Source: Zygnema circumcarinatum SAG 698-1b (taxonomy: Eukaryota; Plantae; Zygnematophyceae). From it: a stretch of 64,000 nucleotides of DNA. How positions within the stretch are numbered: the first letter of the stretch is position 1; every line of letters begins with the position of its first letter. Positions 23,647-46,399 of this stretch are shown here, piece by piece. Both the position numbers and the translations under genes were made by a program. The stretch covers positions 744,001-808,000 of the forward strand of contig CM074819.1 in assembly GCA_037447605.1 (NCBI GenBank), given 5' to 3'. The notes below the pieces were generated by a model. The model worked only from the letters and a program-made list of their open reading frames with translations, was not told the DNA's origin and searched no databases.

Positions 23647-25945
23647 ACGAAACTCCAGCCCAAGTTTCACGGTCAAGGGAAAAAACTCATACAGTATGTG
23701 CCCATACAATTGATCAGCCAATAGGAGCTCATTATTGTGCCACGTAGGCGTCAAATTGTCACGTCACGGTATTCGAGATTATTAAATCCAGAATGGCGTG
23801 CCATCATTGGCCCGCGGGCAGCTAATTTTAAGGCAATATTAAAATTTGCAAATAAAACTGCAAGGGCGGAAAAGTAAACTAAGTTGTCAGACTTCACTAT
23901 GTGGAGGGGCATGGAAAATTTAAGCTGTATATCGCAGCCAACCACGAACTCCGGTAACACGTGTCGGGCAATTTCATAGAAATATTTCTGCCCGAAGTGC
24001 CCAATGACACCAATCGTCGAAGTCGACATTACGTGACGAGATATTACACTACAGTATATGATACCATAAAATCTAAATCTCACGGATGTCCACGTGGCAC
24101 ATCCAACGGTCAAGTTCTTACAACCTCCTGCTCGATCTAACGGTTTGGATTTGGCCACCCAACGGCCACTTTCCACACCTGCATGCATGCATGCTCCGTC
24201 CAATGATCGACTCGCCTTGTATGCATAGCATGCCCTTTCCACACATGCATAATGCATACTCCTTCCAATGAGGACTCGCCACGTATGCTGAGCATGCCCC
24301 ATCCACACATGCATGCATGCATGCTGCATGACCCCATGCCCAGACCAGCCCTGAAGAGCCCAAATTCACTACAAACAAACCAAAATTTACCTTTCACAGA
24401 TTTCCTAACCATTTCCCACATAGAACCCACCGCCCCTCCGGGCCCCGCGAGGCACGGTTTAGGGTTCAGAGAGGGGGAGGGCTAAGGGTTCAGAGGTTTT
24501 AGAGTTCAGAGGGAACAACAAGCAACCTCGCCTACAATAAAAAGAGCGCTAACACAATTACCTGCACTGCTACACAAATTTCGATATTGAAAACTTCCTC
24601 AAACCCTAAAACCCTAAACCCTAGATTGGACCCTAATTTCTCGGCAATTTATCCGTGTTTTTGGCTTCCATTCATGCCTCCCTGAACCCCTGCAATCGCC
24701 ACATGCTCCATGGCCGCCTCCGCCTCCGCCAAGGCCTCCCCCGCCCCCCCAAACCCTCCCCTCTTCCTCCCTCCCACCTTCAACCCCTCCCTCTCCCTCT
24801 CCCTCTCCCTCTCCCTCTCCCTCTCCCTCTCCTTCTCCTTCTCCTTCTCCCCATCTTCCCGACTCCACGCTTTACCCCCACTCCCACTCCCACTCCCGCT
24901 CCCTCTCCCTCCCTCTCTCTCCCCCCCTCCCCCTCCCCCTCCCCCTCCCCCTTCCATCCTCTCTTCCTTCCGCTTCCGCACGTCCTCCTCCTCCCCGTCC
25001 TCCCCCCCCCTCCTCCTCCTCCTCTCCTCCCACTCCCTCTCCCTCTCCCTCTCTAGCAGCGCGGGCAGCGGCGTGGGTTCCGGGTTGAGCCAGGGGTGGT
25101 GCAGCGCCTGCCGGGCGGTGGCCCTCCTCTCGGGGCCGTAGTCGAGCAGCGGCGCCAGGAAGGCCGTGAGCCCCGCGGCGTCCCCCTCCGCGAAGTTGTA
25201 CTTCTCCACGAGGACGCGCTCCAGCGGCCAGTACCGCAGCCGCCGGATGTGCCGGAGCTCGCCGTGGCGCGTGAAGTAGTCGCGGGAGTACCGCCCGCCT
25301 AACGCNNNNNNNNNNGAAGTCGACATTACGTGACGAGATATTACACTACAGTATATGATACCATAAAATCTAAATCTCACGGATGTCCACGTGGCACATC
25401 CAACGGTCAAGTTCTTACAACCTCCTGCTCGATCTAACGGTTTGGATTTGGCCACCCAACGGCCACTTTCCACACCTGCATGCATGCATGCTCCGTCCAA
25501 TGATCGACTCGCCTTGTATGCATAGCATGCCCTTTCCACACATGCATAATGCATACTCCTTCCAATGAGGACTCGCCACGTATGCTGAGCATGCCCCATC
25601 CACACATGCATGCATGCATGCTGCATGACCCCATGCCCAGACCAGCCCTGAAGAGCCCAAATTCACTACAAACAAACCAAAATTTACCTTTCACAGATTT
25701 CCTAACCATTTCCCACATAGAACCCACCGCCCCTCCGGGCCCCGCGAGGCACGGTTTAGGGTTCAGAGAGGGGGAGGGCTAAGGGTTCAGAGGTTTTAGA
25801 GTTCAGAGGGAACAACAAGCAACCTCGCCTACAATAAAAAGAGCGCTAACACAATTACCTGCACTGCTACACAAATTTCGATATTGAAAACTTCCTCAAA
25901 CCCTAAAACCCTAAACCCTAGATTGGACCCTAATTTCTCGGCAAT

Positions 25946-31803
<5,858 letters not shown>

Positions 31804-32154
31804 CTATTCAGAGAGAGCGGCGCCTGTAACAAAAGCGAAAAGAAGGAGAAATGGGAGTGAAGCAGGAGCAGAAAAGAGGGAGAGAGGAGTGGTAGAGGGG
31901 AAGCGAGAGGGAGGGAGTGTGAGAGAGAGCGAGAGAAGTGGGAGGTGGAGGGAGGGAGAGTGGCAGTGACAGCTGTGGGCGAGCCAGCAGGGTCCAAACC
32001 CTAACTGCCGTTCTATGTGGTCTCGCAACACACGCGTCACCGCCCGCGTTCAATGGACGAGGATAATTTATTTATTTTAAAACGTTTCCTTCTGAAAATA
32101 ATTACAATATTTGCCTCCCTCCGAACCGGTACGGTCGGATTTTATGCTCGGTAG

Positions 32155-32513
32155 TAGGGATGGCTTAATTACGACTATATAATATATATTATATTATATA
32201 ACTGTGACGACTAAATAACGGCTATTATATAATACTTTACAACGCCTTTACAACATGTACGGTCGTACGGTCGTACGACTGTACGGTATTATGCGGTGAA
32301 GACAGAGTGAACCAGACGGACGCATTTCGCAACGCCAACGCCAAAACGACCTAATTTTGGTATGGTACGACCGTACGAATACGGTCGTTAATTGTTCAAA
32401 ACAAGTGGGTATAATATATGTAATAAAGTGTTTTACTTTGTACTATATTACTACTTTTAAACCCGTTGTAAAGTATATAATATAGTCGGACTTTATAACG
32501 CGGGCCATCCCTA
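32155..32513. mobile_element. Non-autonomous hAT element (MITE), 359 bp
   Basis: TIR TAGGGATGGC...GCCATCCCTA (Ac-like) and a perfect 8-bp TSD CTCGGTAG at 32147-32154 and 32514-32521. Confidence 0.9.
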
Positions 32514-32653
32514 CTCGGTAGTACCAGGGAAACAACTGAACATTTTCATTTTAACTTTCGTTTTAGGTAGAAATGCATGATGACATGGGAAGCTTCCTCC
32601 AGAGTATCAGCTTCGGCTGTGGCCCTGTGGGGCGAAAACAAGTTAAGCATCGT

Positions 32654-32707
32654 CCAATGGGGACTCGCCACGTATACAAGTTTCTCCACGTGGCTAATAG
32701 TCATTGG
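32654..32707. promoter_or_regulatory. Perfect inverted pair of CCAAT-N9-CCACG elements between DRT111 3' end and SRPK start
   Basis: CCAATggggactcgCCACG at 32654-32672, a 16-nt spacer, then CGTGGctaatagtcATTGG at 32689-32707. Confidence 0.55.
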
Positions 32708-32992
32708 CTTTCGACAGCACGTGTTTGCAGGCCCAGGCGCATGCATGCATGTCCATACACATACGAGACATGGACATGCATGCATGCATGCACATGCATA
32801 TGCAGATATACTCGTACAATCATATCCAGCCATGAATACCACACTCATGCACATACCCATGCACGCCCATATCCACATCCATACATGCATGCATCCATAT
32901 CACATACCCATGCCACGTCATGGTCCCCACTCCACTTCCATCCAAACCCCATACAAAAAACTCCCCATGCATTCAAAGGCGCTTTTTCCAAT

Positions 32993-35900
32993 TCAAGCGA
33001 GGCCTGTCGACGGCACTTCGCCGGGAGCCGGCGCGAGCTCGTTCCTAGCAAAGCGCTCCTCCTCGTAGAAGCTCGCCCGCACGATTCGCCCCCCAAAGAA
33101 GCGGCCGTCGAGGTCGACCAGCGCCTTCATGGAGGACTCCGGCCGCTCGAACTGAATGAAGATGCGGACGGCCTCCGTCGCAGAGAACCCCGCCTCCGTT
33201 ATTTCGAATATGAGCACACGCGTGACGGCGCCGTACTTTGTGCACTCGCTCGCCACCTCCTCCTCGAGCTCGTCGTCCACTTCGCCGGGTCCAACCTGAA
33301 GGGGAGAGAGAGAGAGAGAGATTCAGAATGGAAGTTGAAGGGTAGGGGAGGGAGGGAGGGAGGGAGGGAGGGAGGGAGGGAGGGAGGGAGGGAGGGAGGG
33401 AGGGAGGGAGGGAGGAGGGAGGGAGGGAGGGAGGGAGGGAGGGAGGGAGGGAGGGAGTGGAGGGAGGGAGGGAGGGAGGGAGGGAAGGGAGGGAGGGAGG
33501 GAGGAGGGAGGGAGGGAGGGAGGGGAGGGGAGGGAGGGAGGGAGGAGGGAGGGAGGGAGGGAGGGAGGGAGGGAGGGAGGGAGGGAGGGAGGGAGGGAAG
33601 GAGGGGAGGGAGGGAGGGAGGGAGGGAGGGAGGGAGGGAGGGAGGGAGGGAGGGAGGGAGGGAGGGAGGGAGGGAGGGAGGGGAGGGGAGGGAGGGAGGG
33701 AAGGGAGGGAGGGGAGGGGAGGGAGGGAGGGAAGGGAGGGGAGGGAGGGAGGGAGGGAGGGAGAGGGAGGGGAGGGAGGGAAGGGAGGGGAGGGAGGGAA
33801 GGGAGGGAAGGGAGGGAAGGGAGGGGAGGGAGGGAGGGAGGGAAGGGAGGGAAGGGAGGGAAGGGAGGGAGGCAAGGAAGGGAGGGAAGGGAGGGAAGGG
33901 AGGGAAGGGAGGGAAGGGAGGGAAGGGAGGGAAGGGAGGGAAGGGAAGGGCGGGAAAGAGGGAGGGAGGAAGGGAGGAAGGGAGGGAGGGAGAAAGAGGC
34001 GGCAGGGCGAGAGGGAGAGAGGGAGAGGAGGGATAGGAGTGAGAGGAGGCAGAGGAGGGAGGGGAGGGAGGCGAGGGAGGCGAGGGATGCAGGACAGGAG
34101 GACTCCATTCAAGCCACCCACATTTCAAACCAGCTCAATTCCTTGACGAAATCTTGCACTCCCCCTCCACCCCAATTCCCAAAGCCTCACCATATTCCTC
34201 AACAGCAGAACCCTTGTCGGCGGCCCGCTCAGCGTTGTCCCTCCCTTCGCCTTCACAGCTCCTCCGGGAGTCACTGCCACAGCCGCCGTCTCCCTCTCCC
34301 TCTCCCTCTCTCTGTCCTTCTCCTTCTCCTTCTCCTTCTCTCTCTCCATGGGACTCGCGTTCACAATGACCCCCGCCCTTTTATCCGTCTTCCTTGCCAT
34401 TAAGGGCGTGGTTATCCCCTGCTCCTGCCTGCCCAGCCCCTGCCCGGCCTTCCACCCCATCTTGGCCATCATGCGCTCTGCGGCAGTCATTTGCCCGCCG
34501 GCTCCAACACCAAGTCCTCCGCTTCCCTTGCTTTGGAGCAGGCCGTCGCTCCTGCAGGGAGGGAGAGGGAGGGAGAGGGAGGGAGAGAGAGGGAGAGAAA
34601 GGATGGAGGAGGGGGGGAGGGGGAGTGGAGGGGGAGAAGGGGAAGGGAGAGACAGGGAGAGTGAGGGAGGAGGGAGGAGGGAGGAGGATGGGGGAGGGGG
34701 AGAGGGAGGGAGAGAGTGGGGGAGAGAGGAGGGAGGAGGGGAGGGGGAGAGGGAGAGAGAGAGAGGAGGGAGGGGGGGAGGGGGGAGAGGGAGGGAGAGA
34801 GAGAGGGAGAGAGAGGAGGGAGGAGGGGGGGAGCGGGGGAGAGGGAGAGAGACGGAGAGAGAGAGGGAGAGAGAGGAGGGAGGGGAGGGGTGGGGGAGAG
34901 GGAGAAGTGGGGGATTGAGGATTAGTAAAACGATTAAGTTTTAAGTGGATATCTAGTGTAGATTACTTATATGGAGTTCGTAGACGAGAGGAGCGAAAAC
35001 GAAAAGAAAGTCTAGGAAAGAAAACGGGGCAGAGAAAGGCCATGGGATAGGGAAGGTGGGAGGGAAACGGGAGGGCATTGAGGATTTCTCTTTCTTTGGG
35101 TGGGTGGTGGTTTAAGGGTTTCGGAGGAGTAAACTCTTAAACCTCTAAGCCGTAAAACTGCAAACCCTAACCCTCCTTGAACAATCTTTGAGGCATGTTG
35201 AGTGTTTACCTCGGAGGCGAAGGAGAGCGCTGAGTTCGACCGTCTGTTCCGCGGCCTGCACTCAAAAGGGCCCTTCTCTTCCACGCCTCCTCTCCAGAAA
35301 TCGACAGTTTTGCACGGCCATCATTTGCATCCTGAAAGTTTATTTCGCATTGTTGATTCGAGTTTACAGAAGAACCACTAAGAAAGTTAATTATCAGAAA
35401 AAGACGAATGAATAGAAATTGGAGAAGGGACGGGGGTGGGGAGGGGGAGGGGGAGACTAGAGGTGGCGTTTGGCTTAGAGCTATCACTTAAGAGTTTCAG
35501 GGTTATAGCTCTTTAAGGTTAAGATTAGGATTGAAGGTGTTCTGTCGCACGAAAAAAGAGAAAAATTCATTTAACAATTTATTTTCTGCCAAAAGTTAAT
35601 CAAAGTAAAAAATTGGTGTGTTAACTAATCAATTTACGATAGATTAAAGGAAACTCGGAAAGTGAAGTTGGAACTACTCCACCTCAAGTACCGACATTCT
35701 TCAAAACTCTAAACTTCCCCCTCTCTCCTTTAACCTGAGCTCACCTGCTCTCCCTCTGTGTCGCGCTTACTCTCCGCTGCCTCCCGCATTCGCAGCAGCT
35801 CCTGCTCTCTCTCCCTCTCTCTCTCCTCCTCCTCTCTCGCCCGCCTCTCCCTCTCCCTCTCCCTCTCCTCCTCCACCTTTCTCCTCCTCCTCTCCTGGCA

Positions 35901-36413
35901 GTACACTTCATAGTCATTTGGTCTCGCCGGGTCGTACTCCTCCGCCACCGCATGACTCGCTCCCACGAGCGCCACGTGTCCTGGTGCCACCTGTACTCCT
36001 GCCACGTGTCCTGCGGAGATCTCCCCCCCATCTCCATACTCTTCGGCCTCTCTCTCCACCGCCCACCGGGAAGGAGGGGCGGAGGGGGTGGCAGCCATGG
36101 CAGGGGTAGAGGGAGGGCGGAGGGAGGAAGCCATGGCTGCTGCGGGAGAGGCAGAGGGAGAGAAAGACGAGGATTTAGAGTTTAATCGGGAGGCAGCGGG
36201 AGAGGAGGTCTGGTTGCGCAGGACGGAGGGAGGGGCGGCGATGAGAGAGGCCCGGCGGAGGGTTGGAGGCGCCATTTTGGAGGCAGAGGAGGACCAAGAG
36301 GAGGAGGGGGGGAGGGAGGAGGAGGAGGAGAGAGGGGTGTTAGGGGTGCGGGAGGGGTCTGGTTCGGAGGGGCGGGAAGGAGCAGGGAGGTCGCCATAGA
36401 GGCCGCTCTGCAT
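32993..36413 (-). CDS. DRT111: Splicing factor 45 / DRT111-like (G-patch plus UHM-type RRM), 4 exons
   Basis: Exons 35745-36413, 35210-35331, 34191-34551, 32993-33295 join in phase. Motifs: GLYGDLP, EEYDPARPNDY, ISGEEAWKRRA, MMAKMGWKAGQGLG, PTRVLLLRNMVGPGEVD, LDGRFFGGR. Confidence 0.95.
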
Positions 36414-37123
36414 GGCGGGAGGGAGGGGTCGAGAGAGGGGGGGATGGAGAGAGAGAGGAGAAGAGGGAGAGAGGTGACAGGTGGGAAATGGAGAAGGCGG
36501 AGGAGAGGGAGAGGGAGAGGGAGAGGGAGAGGGAGAGGAGGAGCGAGAAGGGGAGGGAGAGAGCGCAGAGTGGGAGCGGGAGGGAAGGGCGGAGCGATGA
36601 AGGCAGAGCAGAGCACGCTGGATTTGGACGCAGGGTCGATATTGACCCATATCGGGCTTGGGATATATCTTGTAAAACATATCGGGGTATTTTTTTACCT
36701 ACACGTAACATATCTCGATACTATTCGTGGATATTGTATCGGGATATTTCATATTGGCAAGGGGTGTATCTCAATGTACCGTATCGATACAAATATTTTG
36801 CTGGAGGAATATATCTCGATATATTGGCGATACTTTAGCGCCAACAAGTTGCAGCAGGCTGCACTTCCTCTTCTTATCGTCGTCGTTATTCTAATTGGAT
36901 TGAAGGCACAATTACAAATTTTTAGTTCTAATTTCTGAGCCACGCCACTGTTGTTAATTTCACAAATTCAAACTCAAAGCAGTCTCAAACGATTAGAAAA
37001 TATTTTAGTTAGCTCCTAAAATGACTGTACAATTCAATCGGTTTCTTCACACAAACAAATTGAACTTTGGTTCTAAAACCTCCAACCCCAAAAGCCTCCA
37101 ACCTAAACCCTAACCCCTTCAGT

Positions 37124-39586
37124 CTAGCACTGACTTCCTCGTGGTTTCGGCCGCCAGCAACTTCTGACAGGGCAGACCCTCCCATCGCTCCTCCCTCCTC
37201 CCCCCTCCTCACTTATCTGCGAGGCCAAAACCCTAACTGAAGCGTTCCTCATATATGCTCCAAAATGTGCATTGGTCCCACTCCACAAATTCATGTCTTC
37301 CATCCCTCCATGCTCAAAGTAGACATATCTCACTCCCTTCCCATAGTCCCTAAAGGTGTGTTCTATCTTCCTGAAGGGCCATGGCTGCCCTTCAGCCATG
37401 GCGGCCGGGCAGACTATGTCTCCACTTGCAAACTGCGCCAAGATGCGGAAATTGGAATCGAGCAGCATGCAGGTGAGAGAGAAGAGGGAGTTGGCGTTCC
37501 ATTGGGCGGCGAAGCAGTCGGAGACAGTGATAGGAGGCTGACACGTGTCCAGAAATTTGGGGTCAAAGCCGCGGTCGATAAGGTTGATGGTTTGTGACTT
37601 TACGCAATGGCAGTGGGCGGCGACGAAGCAGAAGGTGGGGCCTGTGGGGAGGAGGGGGAGGGTTGGGTTAGGGTTAAGGTTAGGGGGAGGGGGAGGGGGA
37701 GGGGGAGGGGGAGGGGGAGGGGAGGGGGGAGGGGGAGGGGGAGGGGGAGGGGGAGGGGGAGGGGGAGGGGGAGGGGGAGGGGGAGGGGGAGGGGGAGGGG
37801 GAGGGGGAGGGGGAGGGGGAGGGGAGGGGAGGGGGGAGGGGGAGGGGGAGGGGGAGGGGGAGGGGGGAGGGGGAGGGGGAGGGGGAGGGGGAGGGAGGGA
37901 GGGGGGAGGGGGAGGGGGAGGGGGAGGGGGAGGGGGAGGGGGAGGGGGGAGGGGGAGGGGGAGGGGGAGGGGGAGGGGAGGGTAAGGGGGAGGGGGAGGG
38001 TAAGGGGGAGGGGGAGGGTAAGAACTTAGGGTTCAAGGCTTCAAGGTTTACCTGTGTTGCTGGGCACCTGCTGGGTGGTCCAGCGGTAAGCGGGCCGGAC
38101 CTGCCGATTCTTCATTATGGCAAACTGTATATTCACAAAAAAAAAAAAAATTGATCGTTTAAATGAGACGCTCCTACTCCGCTTGGGAGCTGCAATTTGT
38201 TTTTCTACAATTATGACAAAAGGAAGCATTCACCAAAACATGCAAGCAACACATTGCTATGGAGTCCAATTCAACATAAGCCGTTGAACTGCAATTATCA
38301 CATCCTTCTTTTTTTGTCAAATTTCCTTTATCACATCAAAACTGAAGGCCCCTAATCTTCACCTTCAAGCCATGATCTCTTCATTTCAAACCTTGCCCTC
38401 TCAACTTTTTTGAAGACAATTCAAAGTGCCCAATCGCCCCTGTAATGTTCTCAAATTTTCCCGCCTCTCTCTCCTCCACCTTCTGCAACTTGCCTTTCGG
38501 GTTGTCACCTTCCACTGAGAGAGGCCCTCTTCTCCGTTTGGGTTGTGAATCAGGTTCCGTTCTACGGACAGTTACAGCCAACGGAACAAACAGAGACGGA
38601 CTCAGTCACATGTCACCAAGCATTGTCCTTGCCAAACCCAACGCAACTTCGCAAAATTCATCAAATATTAGGTGAATTCGGGTCAAATTAAGACTCAAGG
38701 TAGGTCGAATTAAGATCAAGGGCTTTTTAAAAGCCAAGTCAAAACCTTTGGTCAAAATTCAGTCAAGTTTACGCCAAAGTTGGAATCAAATTCAATCTAC
38801 GGCATTAATTTATGTCCTGATACGTCACGGCAGAGGGTGAAAGAGTATTTTACACTTGAACTGACGACCCCATAATTAATCGACAAGCCAAAACTTACTA
38901 AATTCAAGACCCAAAACATCCAAATCCTCAAAACGCCAAACTCCCCAAACCCCCAAAAAACGAAAATTCAAAAGCCCTAAAAGATCCAAAATCCCCAAAA
39001 GCCCCAAAAGCCCCAAAATCCCAAAACCCACAAAAGACCCAAAAACCCAAAACTCAAAGACCCACAAATCCTCAAAAAGACCAAAGTCTATGGTGCCCTC
39101 ACCCGCAAACCGCTCCATCCACGTGGCAGCATTCAGCGACACATGTGTCGTGTTGTGTCGTTCCGTTCCCCCCTCTCCGTTAAACAGATTTTTGTCTGCC
39201 AGCTGGCGCCACATCCACTCTCCGTCGTCCAGAACGCTCCTCAGTTCTTTGCTGACCATCCGAAGCCGCATGCAGTCCGTGTCGTCCAACCAGAAGGAGA
39301 CAGCTGGCAGCACATCCAGAACAACGGAGCTCTCCATGTCGCAGTTCTGTGCGACACATGCGTCGTTGCCTGACGCTTTTCCATGTTGTTTCAGTTCAGT
39401 TTCTGAGCACGTGCAAGCGCCTGCCTCGTCTCCGCATTTCGAGCAGAATGAAATTTTCTTTTCGGGTTTTGATTTTTTTGAAATGTCGGGATCGCTCCAG
39501 AAATTGGTGGGCGAGAGCACGGAAGCTTCAAAGAAATTTCTGGCAGTTGCTGCCCTCATCGGTATCCAAGGCCATGATAGCCCCAT
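37124..39586 (-). CDS. F-box protein with C-terminal FBA (Fbxo2/Fbxo6-type sugar-binding) domain, 4 exons
   Basis: Exons 39103-39586 (F-box-like [11 protein letters not shown]...[12 protein letters not shown]...W), 38509-38561 ([16 protein letters not shown]), 38052-38124, 37124-37641 ([28 protein letters not shown]...W...FGA...NASV) join in phase. The C-terminal tail may be spliced differently. Confidence 0.82.
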
Positions 39587-39599
39587 GGAAGGAGAGAGC

Positions 39600-39634
<35 letters not shown>

Positions 39635-41694
39635 GCTCTCTCTCCTTCCCTCCCTCTCACCTCTAGCTCCCTCTCCCACTCTCCCTCCCCCACCTCTCTA
39701 TCTCTCGTCCACCTCACCGTCCCACCTCCCTCTCTCCTCTCCCACTCTCCCTACCCTACCCCTCTCTCTCTCTCCCACCTCCCCCTCTCACTTCCCTCTC
39801 CCTCTTTTCCTCGTAATTCCAATCTCTCTCTCTCCCTCTCTCCCCCAATCCAGTTCCCACCTCTCCTTCTCTTTCCCACCTGTCCCTCCCACGTCCCTCT
39901 CCCACTCCCTCTCTCCCTCTCCCACTCTCCCACTCTCCCACTCTCCCACTCTCACGTCCCTCTCCCTCTCTCTCCCTCTCTCCCTCTCCCCCTCTCCCTC
40001 CCTACCTCCCACCCGTCCCTGTCACACTTTCCCACTCCCTCCCCTTTTTCAGTACATCATCATGGGCATGTCAGACTTGAAACAAAATCGAACAAAATAC
40101 TGAAGTTGACTTTAACAAAGTATCGGTACTCCTTTGACGGAAGATCCCAATCTTCCCAGAGTATTTATTTTTGTTTCAAACTGATAAATCTTTGTAAACT
40201 TTTGAACTTCTTAAAGTTTTTTAAAATCTGACCTGCCCTCTTGAATCGTACGTTTTCGTACGATAAAAAATACAAAACGTGTCCATTCGTGACCTTTCGC
40301 AGATCTGTCTCACACTTTCGGGCAGAAAAATATTTTCCTTCTCCATTCTTGATAGGTCCTGTAACATATTTGTAAATTTCCCAATTTCCAGCCCCCAGTC
40401 CAACGCGGTCAAATCTTTGCCGCCTTGGACTCGCTTTTTGAAAGGTCAGAAATATCTACAAAGGTGACGTCAGGATGATTTGAGATCGACGGCATATAGA
40501 TGCAGCCACGGAATCCCGTGAATCTCTCGTTATCAGAGATTGCGCCATGTGGCAATTTTTTGTCATCTAAAGTGCAAGCTGACGTCATTGACAAGCATGA
40601 AGGCGGCAAGGTCGTTCACACTACAGCGGAAATCGTCGTTGTTCTTCGCCTGCTTTGGCTTTTGATGGCGGAGTAATGTCTGCTTTTGTGGCCGCTGTCA
40701 AGAAGTGGAGCAGGTGAGGCTTTTAAGCTTCGTCACTTATTTTTTTTTTTTTTAAGGGGGATGTTGGTTTTTAAAGGCCAAACATGATAGTGAATTGGGG
40801 TCAATGGCGATGCCAAGAAATGTACAAGGACGAAGACAATAAGCAAAACCAAGGTGAACTGTGATCAGGGGGAAAGGGAGGGGAGCGGGAGGACAGGTCC
40901 CACAAGAGTATCAGGGAGTTTAAGAGTCTTTGGGATTTCGGGTTTTCAGGGTTTGGGGTTTTGAAGGTTGCAATGACAGTTGAAGTCTTTCGCTTACTAA
41001 GTTGGGCCTAGGTGTCAACCGGGAGAGGAACCTGCCAAAACCAGGTTGAATACATGGAAGAGGGCCTTACCTTGTGTACAAGTAGAAAACATCGTCCCAA
41101 ACACTTTTGTGGCAAGCTTTTTGGGTTTTTAGGGTTTTTAGAGTTTTTAGGGTTTTTGTTCCTTTAAGTGCCCATACCCTCAACATATATCGTGAACTCA
41201 CCCTTTATTAGGTCCAACTTCCCGTCTATCCTTATTGTTCCATCACGAATGAAAGGGTCGTAAATTCCACCACGACTCTCTACCACACTATCTCCACCTG
41301 CGGCTTATGTGCTACTTATTTTTTACTTTTGCTTTATTACCTGCAGCCATTAGCCCTGAAATTTACAAACACTGATCTCTCTGCTCCATAGACTCTGGAC
41401 TAATTTCTGGTACCAGTTACGCCGTTTCCCCTCCCTACAGTTCCTTATATTGCACACATGACCACATGCATTCATTTTTTGAAGCAGACTTTCGCTGACA
41501 AATTGGGCACGCTTGTGCCCTCGCCTCCTCCGCCTCCCCATCCCACTCCTCTCTCGCAATCCTCCCTCCAAAACCAGCTCTCCCTCTGCTTCACCCACCC
41601 CTTCCTCATCTTCTTCGTTTGGAGATACTGTCTCTTTCCAACGGAGAAGCAATCAACCTCGTTTAGCCTGCAGGTTGAAAGTTAGCTTTTCCTC

Positions 41695-45505
<3,811 letters not shown>

Positions 45506-45678
45506 GGATGGCTGCTTGCAGGCTTGCAGGCGATGGGATATGTATGTATGGCTGGATGGATGGATAGATGGATGGACGGATGGCCCAATGGCAGCATGCA
45601 GCATGAAGCAGGAAGGGGAGGTGAGGGTAGGCAGCCCTTGCGAGGAAGCTCGTCCTGCTTCCCTCCCTTGAGGACCAA

Positions 45679-45730
45679 CCAATGGGAGCATCCACGTGTC
45701 CAATTTTGACACGTGGCGATTTGTAATTGA
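45679..45730. promoter_or_regulatory. Degenerate inverted ERSE-like pair upstream of LDH
   Basis: CCAAT-N8-CCACG at 45679-45696, a 15-nt spacer, then CGTGG-N9-ATTGA at 45712-45730; about 175 bp upstream of the tentative ATG. Confidence 0.45.
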
Positions 45731-46399
45731 TGATTTTCCTTCCTCCTAAAAAAATTCGAAGACAAACCAATGGGAAGCCTTTTGGTGTTTTGTAATTGGA
45801 GGAGTTTTTATACACCTAGGCCCAGGCGCATGCCCATGCCTTTCCCGAGTTGCAGGAAGTCCTTCTTGGAAGCCGACAAAGGAATCTTTCGTAAGTGCGT
45901 GACGTCAGGACAAGGTGCACACGTGGCAGGTTAAGAGGCACAGCGGAGAACACAGCGCTTTTTTTTTTGCGGATCGTATGTAAATTTGGTCCGACCAATC
46001 AAGAGCCGCCGATTACCCGTCGGGCAGCTAGAGGAAAAACATCGTACGGCTGGGTCTGTCGCGAGTCGCGACGGGGCGGCTAATTTTGTCTTTTGCGAGA
46101 AGCGTACGGTACAAATATCGACAGCCTTGCCAGCTTGGCACTCCTAAATAAGTCGAAATTAGGGATGGATATTATAACGCAGAATTTACAATTTGCACAC
46201 CTTTTTTGCTAGATACACACCTTTATTCAAGTCAGATTTTTTGTTAGGGTATTGGGATTTTTAAAGGTGTGTATCTATCCAAAAAAGTGTGTAAGAACTA
46301 AGAAGTAAACTCCTTCAGATATGAGAACGTTCAAATTCTGAAATCTAAAACTCTAAAAGTCCCTTGTACGGTCTTTTTGCCATCCCTACTGTACAGTCA

